Source: the human T2T-CHM13v2.0 reference genome, Homo sapiens
DNA: 64,000 nt
Assembly: GCF_009914755.1 (NCBI RefSeq)
Contig: NC_060925.1
Direction: 5' to 3' (one strand)
Shown here piece by piece: positions 50,880 through 64,000 of the stretch (positions are counted from its first letter, which is position 1; each line of letters starts with the position of its first letter). Made by a program: the position numbers and the translations under genes. The notes beneath the pieces were generated by a model. It made no database searches. It saw nothing but the letters and a program-made list of their open reading frames with translations, and was not told where the DNA came from.

Positions 50880-51227
50880 ATCTTTGAAGCTCAGTTTTCT
50901 CATTTATGAAATGAAAGTGTAACTACTTACAAGATTGTTATAGATACTATGCAATAAAATATATACATGTTCTTAATACAGTACCTAGCTCAAAGAAATA
51001 GCTCCATAGATATCAGCTACCTATATAACAGAAATAATAACTAGCCCTTAAATAGGGTGAATTATTTATAACATTATTCTAATGCTTTACGCATAATAGT
51101 TCATTATATTTTCTCAACAACTCTAAAGGTAGATATTATTACAATCCTCATTTTGCAGATGAGGAAACGGAGGCACAGAAGTCAAGGTCAGAAAGTTTGT
51201 AAGTGGTACAGCCAAGACTCAAACCCA
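50880..51227. mobile_element. Two MIR fragments (plus, then minus)
   Basis: ctcagttttctcatttatgaaatg; cattttgcagatgaggaaacggaggcacaga. Confidence 0.65.
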
Positions 51228-53789
<2,562 letters not shown>

Positions 53790-54315
53790 AAAATTGTTCA
53801 TTTTTAAAGAGAGACTTTTATGGTATGTGAATTATTTCTCACTAAAGCTTTTTTTTTTTTAAATTTACATTGATACTTTGCTGTGGGATGGGATTCCAGG
53901 TTTTATAGTTTTCACAATACATACCAACAGACTTACATCATGGGTAATGACGTGTACTTGAATTATCTCATGAGACTAGAACAATCATTTTCTTACAAGA
54001 TTTCAAGGAAGGAGACTTTCTAGGAAGTTTCCAATTATACTCCCAAACAAAACTAGGACTATTATAAAAAGAAAGCAAGAGCCTTTTACTGTATCCCAAC
54101 AGAACCACTCTTTTTTCTTTTTGACATCCTCAACAGAAGCACTCTTAATTTGAAACATTAAACAGGTTGTCGGCCACTGCTACGCTGCAGCTGAAAAGCT
54201 TTTCCACTTACTAGAGGGTAGAAGCTGGCACAATTATTCCATTTGCTTTTATTTTCACAACTGCACACACATGTGCCACTTCCACTTCCACATACTTCAG
54301 TTCTTCCCTAAATAA

Positions 54316-55217
<902 letters not shown>

Positions 55218-55392
55218 CTATCTAGGACAACTAAAAGTCCTTAAGTTACCTGCACTAGAAGTCAAATATTTCCTTTTATCACCACTGATATACTTTTTAT
55301 TTAACCTGACCTTTAAAGCTCGATAATCATCTGTACTTTGTAATCAAAGATAAAACTAAACATCACCTACCGGTGCACTACAGCTATTAGAT

Positions 55393-55858
55393 CAGGAGTC
55401 GGCAATTTTTTCTGTAAAGGGTAAAACAGTAAATATCTTAGGCTTTGAAGGCCAGGTACAGTGGCTCATGCCCGTAATCTCAATGCTTTGAGAGGCCAAG
55501 GTGGGAGGATTGCTTGAGGCAGGAGTTTGACACCAGCCTAGGCAACATAGCGATACACTATCTCTACAAAAAAATTTAAAAATTAGCCGGGTGTGGTGGC
55601 ACATGCCTGCAGTCCTATCTACTTGTGAAGCTAAGATGGGAGGATCCCTTGAGCTCAGGAGTTCAAAGTTACAGTGAGTTATGATCATGCTACTGCACTC
55701 CAGCCTGTGTGACAAAATGAGACTCTATTAAAAAAAAAAAAAAAAGGCTTTGAGGGCCATATGGTCTCTGTTACAAAGTACTCGATGAGTACAGATGTGT
55801 TCCAATAAAACTTTATTTCTAAAACATTGGTCCAAGGGCTGTAGTTTACCAAATACTG
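55393..55858 (-). mobile_element. MER58A interrupted by AluJ (55450-55745,+)
   Basis: caggagtcggcaattttttctgtaaaggg...aggctttga|Alu|aggctttgagggccatatggtctctg...ccaataaaactttatt. Confidence 0.75.
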
Positions 55859-56243
55859 TATCAGACTATATTATATGCAACCAAAAATAAACAGACCTAT
55901 TCCCCCCTTTCCCATTGATAATGTTTTCACCATAAAATTAAACAATTACTTTCTAAAATACCACAAAATACATTTAACTAGCTTTCTTCTATTTTGTAAT
56001 AGGCATTCATAGTGGGATAATGCTATCCCTATTGCCTCAAATGAGGAATAACAGCCAACTATGAGATTCAGGTTTAGGATTCAGATTTGAACCACACACA
56101 CTGTACAGAAAGACTGAGCCAATAAATAAAAATAAAGCATTTAGGTTCACATCCAGAATCTATTTGACCCCAGCAGAGGCAAAAGTTAGTTCACCATATT
56201 GGAACATATCCACAACCTAGAATAAAATAACTCCCAGGGAAAA

Positions 56244-56989
56244 TGAAACCGCTTTTGCAAAATTGTAACAGTAAGAGAAATCTAACATCGCTGACTCCAT
56301 CTTGCTTCTAACCACATAAGCTAAACTGTCCCTGTCCATATCCGGGCATAAGCCAAGCTAACTATGGGAGGAATTTAGCTCATGGTTTAACTTTAAAACA
56401 AAGATGATAACAGTCCCTTCAGGAAACTAACCCCCTGCTTGCTTGGGGATGAAACTGCCTTTATAAAACTAACAGACTGGCCACACAGTTAGAATTATGG
56501 TTCAGGGGTCATGCAGCCAGAGGTCACAAGATTTGTAACTTCCCCAATTGCTCCTACAGATAACATCACTATTGCAAAACCTAAGACTGGTGTTTGAGTA
56601 TTTTTCGGACCTTGCATTCTGATGCATCAGATGGCACCACCTGGATTGGCAACCTATAACGAGAAACCAGCTTGACTGGTCTTGTGACACCCCCAACCAC
56701 CACCATCTAGTAACTAACTCAGTGAAAGAAGGCAGTTTCAACCCACTATGATCTCAACCTTGACCCAACCAATCAGCACTCCCCAATCCCTAGCCCCCTG
56801 CCTGCCAAACTATCCTCGAAAAACCCTAGCCTCTAAATTCTTGGGGAGATAGACTTGAGAAATAGCTCTCATTCTCATTGCTTGGCTTGCTCTGTGATTA
56901 TTAAATTATTTCTCTGCTGCAACTCCTGCTGTTCTCAATTTATTGGCTTTTCTGGGAAATGGGTAAGAAGAACCAGTTGGACAATTACA
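56244..56989 (+). mobile_element. LTR8A/LTR8B ERV1 solo LTR, complete TG...CA
   Basis: tgaaaccgcttttgcaaaattgtaacagtaagagaaatct...gaagaaccagttggacaattaca; 4-bp TSD aaaa. Confidence 0.85.
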
Positions 56990-56999
56990 AAAACATCTA

Positions 57000-58775
<1,776 letters not shown>

Positions 58776-58799
58776 CACAAAATGAAATTTAAAAATATA

Positions 58800-59459
58800 A
58801 TTGCTTCTTTCACAGTAACACTTAGCTTAAAACACAAACACATTTACCAAGCTGTACAAAAATATTTTCTTTCTTTATAAGCTTTTTCTATTAAATTTTT
58901 TTTTTTTTACTCTTTAAACATTTATGTTAAAAACTAAGACACAAACACACACATTAGCCTAGGCCTACAGAGGTCAGGATCATAATATCACTGTCACCCA
59001 TCTCCACATCTTGTCTCAACAGAAGGTCTTCAGGGACAATAACACACATGGAGCTATCATATCCTATGATAACAGTGCCTTATTCTGGAATATCTCCTAA
59101 AGGGCCTGCCTGAGATGGTTTTGCAGTTAACTTTTTTTTTTAATAAATAGGAGTACACTCTAAAATAACAATTAAAAGTATAATGTAGTATATATATAAA
59201 CCATTAACATAGTCAATTATTATCTTTATCAAGTATTACATTCTGTACATAATTATATGTGCTATACTTTATACAATTGGCACTGTGGTAGGATTATTAG
59301 CACCTGCAATACCACCGTCACGGGTAATACATTGCACTATGATATTACAACAGGTACACAATGTCACTAGGCCACAGGAATTTTCCATCTCTATTATAAC
59401 CTTATAGGACCACCATTTTATATGCAGTCCATCATTGTCTGAAATGTCATTATGACTGT
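58800..59459 (+). mobile_element. Tigger3b (MER7B)-like fragment
   Basis: aaacacaaacacattt...attagcctaggcctac...ggaccaccattttatatgcagtcc...gtcattatgactgTA. Confidence 0.75.
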
Positions 59460-61110
59460 ATATACAGGATCTATATGAGAAAAACCACAAAACTCTGATG
59501 AAAGACATCAAAGAAGAACTAAATAAAATGGAGAGATATTTCACATTCACAGATAGGAAGACTCAATGTGTGTGTGTGTGTGTGTGTATTTTGTTTTTTT
59601 TTTTTGGTAGAGACCTTGTGTCTACAAAAAAAATACAAAAATTAGCCAAGCATGCTAATGCACACTTGTACTCTCAGCTACTCAGGAGGCTGAGGTGGGA
59701 GGATCACTTGAGCTTGGTAATTCAAGGCTTCTGTGAGCCATGACCACACCACCGCACTCCAGCCTGGGAGACAGAGTGAGACCCTGTCTCAAAAAAAAAA
59801 AAAAAAAAAGAAAAAAGAAAAAGAAAACAACCTGATTAAAAAATTGAACAGATACCTCACCAAATAAGATATACAGATGGCAAGTAAGTATTTGAAAAAT
59901 ACTCAACATCATATGTTGTGTTAGGCCATTCTTGCACTGCTATAAAGAAATACCTGAGATCAAGTAATTTATAAAGAAAAGAGGTTTAATTGGCTCACAG
60001 TTCTGGAAGCTGTATATGAAACACAGTGCCAGCATCTACTTCTGGTGAGGGCCTCTGGAAGCTTACAACCATGGAGGAAGGTGACGGGGTGGGGGCAGCA
60101 TGTCACATGGGGAGAGTGAGATCAAGAGACAGAGAGGAGGGGGAGGTCCCAGATTCTTTTAAACAGCCAGATGTCACATGAACAAACTGAGCAAGAACTC
60201 ACTTATCACCGACGGGATGGTACTAAACCATTCATGAGGGATCCACTACCATGATCCAATCACTTCCCACTAGGCCCCACCTTCAACATTGGGAATCACA
60301 TTTCAACATGAGATTTGGAGGGAACAAACATCCAAACTATATCTTATGCCATTAGATATTTGAAAATTAAAATAACAATGAGATACTACTATATACCACT
60401 TAGAATGGCCAAAATCCAAAACACTGACATCAAATACTGACAAGGATATGGACCAACAGGAACTCTTTATTCATTCCTGGTTGAAATGCAAAATGGGGCA
60501 GGGTGCAGTGGCTCACGCCTGCAATCCTAGCACGGTGGAAGGCTGAGGCAGGTGGATCACAAGGTCAGGAGTTCAAGACCAGCCTGGCCAAGATGGTGAA
60601 ACCCCACCTCTACTAAAAACACAAAAATTAGCTGGGCGTGGTAGTGGACATCTGTAATCCCAGCTACTCAGGAAGCTGAGGGAGGGTATTGCTTGAACCC
60701 GGAAGGCACAGGTTGCAGTGAGCCAAGATCACACCACTGCACCCGAGCCTGGGTGACAGAGCGAGACTCTGTCTCAAAAAAAAAAAAAAGAAAAAAAAAA
60801 AGGAATGCAAAATGGCACTGCCACTTTGGAAGAGTTTGGCAGTTTTTTATAAAACTAAACATATTTTTACCATACAGTCCACCAATTGCACTCTGTGATA
60901 TTTATCCAAATGAACTGAAAACTTATGTCCACAAAAAAACCCCACACATGCGTGTTGACAGCAGCTTTATTCATAATTGTCAACATATTGAAGCAACCAA
61001 GATGTCCTTCAATAGGTGAGCAGATAAGCTGTGGTAGATTGAGACAATGGGATATTATTCAGTGCTAAACAGGAATGAGCTATTAAGCCATGAAAAAGCA
61101 TGGAGGATAG
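59460..61110 (+). mobile_element. L1MB/L1MC fragments interrupted by (TG)n, Alu 59610-59820, an MSTA LTR and AluS 60497-60801
   Basis: aaaactctgatgaaagacatcaaagaagaactaaataaa; tagaatggccaaaatccaaaacactgac; gcaaccaagatgtccttcaatagg. Confidence 0.75.
59917..60344 (-). mobile_element. MSTA solo LTR
   Basis: tgtgttaggccattcttgcactgctataaagaaatacctgag...acatccaaactatatc; 5-bp TSD tatgt/tatgc. Confidence 0.87.
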
Positions 61111-61686
61111 ATTAATTAATTAATTAATTAATTTCATGCTATCAAGAGTGTGGTGATGCATAATTTCTTGAGATTGCTACATTATTATATCCAGGTGTTT
61201 CTTTAACCACTGACACCCATTTTACAAGTTTTGATGCACACGTACAAGTGCCTGGAAGTAATTTTAAGACATCTCAATTTCAAAATAGTGAAAGTGTTAG
61301 AAATGATGAAATGTAGTAGACAGTTTTTTATGCTTAACTCATCTCGAGTTTATTTCAGTGTTTGAAATTAGGTATAAACATTTAATTTTATCTTTTTTCA
61401 GATAGTTAATTGTCTAAATACAATTTTTTAATTAGTCTACTCTCCCCCCAGTGGGTTGAAATTTCATTTTTATCCTTGAATTCTGGTGTGATTGACATTT
61501 GAATAGACAGAACAATGGAATAAAACAGAAAATCCAGAAGTAGGCTGAAATATATATGCTAATTTAGTGTATGATAGAGATATTTTCTTAAACTAGTAAG
61601 GAAAAGATGAACTAGTCAAAAGATGTTAACATAACTAGGTAGTCATCTGAAAAGCAAATAGAATTGGATCAATGTTTTATACCTTA

Positions 61687-62101
<415 letters not shown>

Positions 62102-62315
62102 TTAAATAAAAAATTAAACTTCTAAGTAATGGGAATTGTCATAGTTTAATTGGCAAGAAGTACATCTTATAATCAATGGCATCTTATATTCAACGAAATC
62201 TGTCATAAAAGCATGAGGAAAACAGTATTTTCAAAACCTCTTAGGCTATATGCAAAATCCACAAGTTGTAAATGAAAAGACTGATATGTTTATTTTGTAT
62301 TTATTTATTTATTTC

Positions 62316-62425
62316 TTTTTCTTTTTTTTTTAAATTTTATTATTATTATACTTTAAGTTTTAGGGTACATGTGCACAACGTGCAGGTTTGTTACATATGT
62401 ATACATGTGCCATGTTGGTGTGCTG
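62316..62425 (-). mobile_element. Very short young L1PA (L1PA2-4-like) 3' end
   Basis: ttattattattatactttaagttttagggtacatgtgcacaacgtgcaggtttgttacatatgtatacatgtgccatgttggtgtgctg, near the recalled consensus with an intact CpG. Confidence 0.85.
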
Positions 62426-62610
62426 TTGCCTAGGCTGGTCTTGAACTCTTGGACTCAAGCAATCCTCCTGTCTTAGCTTCCCAAAGTGCTGGGGTTACAG
62501 GTGTAAGCCACCACTGCCAAACCAAGGTTTAACTACATAAAAACTAAAATGATAAAAGATGGGCAAGGAGAAAATACTTGCAACATACATAATAAAGAAT
62601 TACTATCAGG

Positions 62611-63948
62611 CAGGCGTCAGATGTCCCCAGCACACTGGAGTCTGGGATTTGGTGCTGATGGTGCCTCATCAGCATGGACAAACACTGCCTTACAGCTGGA
62701 CTTTAGTGTTGGGAGCTGTTAATTATTCTAAAGTTCCATAGATTCATGATTTTATAGTTAGAGTTTATATCTACTTGTGTTTTTAGAGGAAGAACCCAAG
62801 GCCAAATTATTTTGAAGTGGGAGTGGGCTGGACCAGAGTCTTCCTGTGCCCTTTTCATGCTGTGTTTGAGGATGTGTCCATTGCTACATCCATGTAACTC
62901 ATCTGGGGCAGCAGATGTGTGACAGCAAACCATCTAACATTTTTCAGGGATAAAGTTAAGCAGAAGTATGTAGTAAATATGAGTGCAAAAGTGTGGCTGA
63001 GCCATATGTGCCCTTGATTTGATTTGGGAAGCCTGAGGGAGGCAGCATTCCTAGCCACATGCTGCCTGCCCAGCACAAGGTAGGGTGGTACCCGGGGTGG
63101 TGAAGGGGCAGCTCTGTAGAGCATGGTCTGCCTTAGGACCTGAATTGTCCTCAAAGCGCATGGACTGTGGAAATTGTTCACATGAACCAGAGATATCACT
63201 CTTTAGGATTCTATTGGCAGCACCTAAACTGGCTCGACATTTGTGGAGGTGGTGTTTCTTTGAAGCACGAACCTTTGTTTTATAATAATTAAAATCTTTA
63301 TTTGGTGGCTGGGAGTGGTGGCTCACACCTGTAATCTCAACACTTTGGGAGGCCGAGGCAGGCAGATCACCTGAGGTCAGGAGTTCAAGACCAGCCTGGC
63401 CAGCATGGTGAAACCCTGTCTCTACAAAAATATAAAAATTAGCCAGGCATGATGGCAGGTGCCTGTAATCCCAGCTACTCAGAAGGCTGAAGCAGGAGAA
63501 TCACTTGAATCCGGGAGGCAGAGGTTGTAGTGAGCCAAGATCACACCACTGCATTCCAGCCTGGGAGACAGAACAAGACTCCGTCTCAAAAAAAAAAAAA
63601 AAAAAAAAAAATTTATTTGGTATAATTTAATATAGTTTAGAAGCTATCTAATCTGGTTTTTTTTTGGAGGGGCAAACTCTTTTGAAAATATAAGTTTTGC
63701 TTTTAATTAAAAATTAAGTCTTAGTTAAAACTCAGGCTGCACAAAATTCTTCAGTTACTTCCCATTACTTTATCAGTAATATTCACCACATCTTCCTAGA
63801 TGTTTATTGATTACAGTGTTGGGATCAAATTCTGCATTAAATGTATGCAAATACATTGGACAGGCTTTGTGTTTTTCACTGTGAAATGCAATGGTGGCTT
63901 GAATAAGAAAGTATCTAGAAGCCAAATTAACATAATAATGACTTCAAA
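62611..63948 (+). pseudogene. 5'-truncated retrocopy of an unidentified mRNA 3'UTR (or orphan transduction), interrupted by an AluS
   Basis: Perfect 17-bp TSD aaagaattactatcagg (62594-62610 and 63949-63965). The flanks rejoin as continuous L1M ORF2 sequence. The insert is non-repeat-like with a short A run at the 3' end. Confidence 0.75.
63307..63611 (+). mobile_element. AluS inserted in the retrocopy
   Basis: Full Alu; TSD tttatttggt at 63297-63306 and 63612-63621. Confidence 0.9.
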
Positions 63949-64000
63949 AAAGAATTACTATCAGGATATGTAAAGAACTACAAAAAAAATCAACACAACA

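Noticed and set aside
62653-62674. Hairpin tgctgatg-gtgcct-catcagca as an ncRNA/miRNA
   Set aside because: An 8-bp stem is too short and has no supporting motifs.
62559-63326. ORFs of 60-114 aa in the UTR-like retrocopy
   Set aside because: No recognisable protein similarity; overlapping in several frames, consistent with chance.

Overview
Human/primate genomic DNA, extremely Alu-dense (about 90 Alu/FLAM copies or fragments by my count). It also carries L1, L2, MIR, MaLR/ERV1 LTRs and hAT/Tigger fossils. The only real coding sequence I can support is one 122-nt minus-strand internal exon (33279-33400) encoding kinase subdomains II-IV ([41 protein letters not shown]), which I recognise as TESK2. 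The rest of the window appears to be its two long flanking introns. Three mRNA-derived retrocopies sit in these introns. (1) A PPIA processed pseudogene whose internal 'deletion' matches precise skipping of PPIA exon 4. (2) A ~1.3 kb 3'UTR-like insert with a perfect 17-bp TSD. (3) A 93-bp micro-retrocopy with a perfect 15-bp TSD. Other notable items are an ERV1 5'LTR with a tRNA-Arg PBS, several datable nested insertions and fold-back repair scars. Almost all ORFs in the supplied track are Alu or other repeat artefacts. I found no evidence of a novel multi-gene system. Repeat subfamily names come from recalled consensus sequences, and boundaries without TSDs are approximate.
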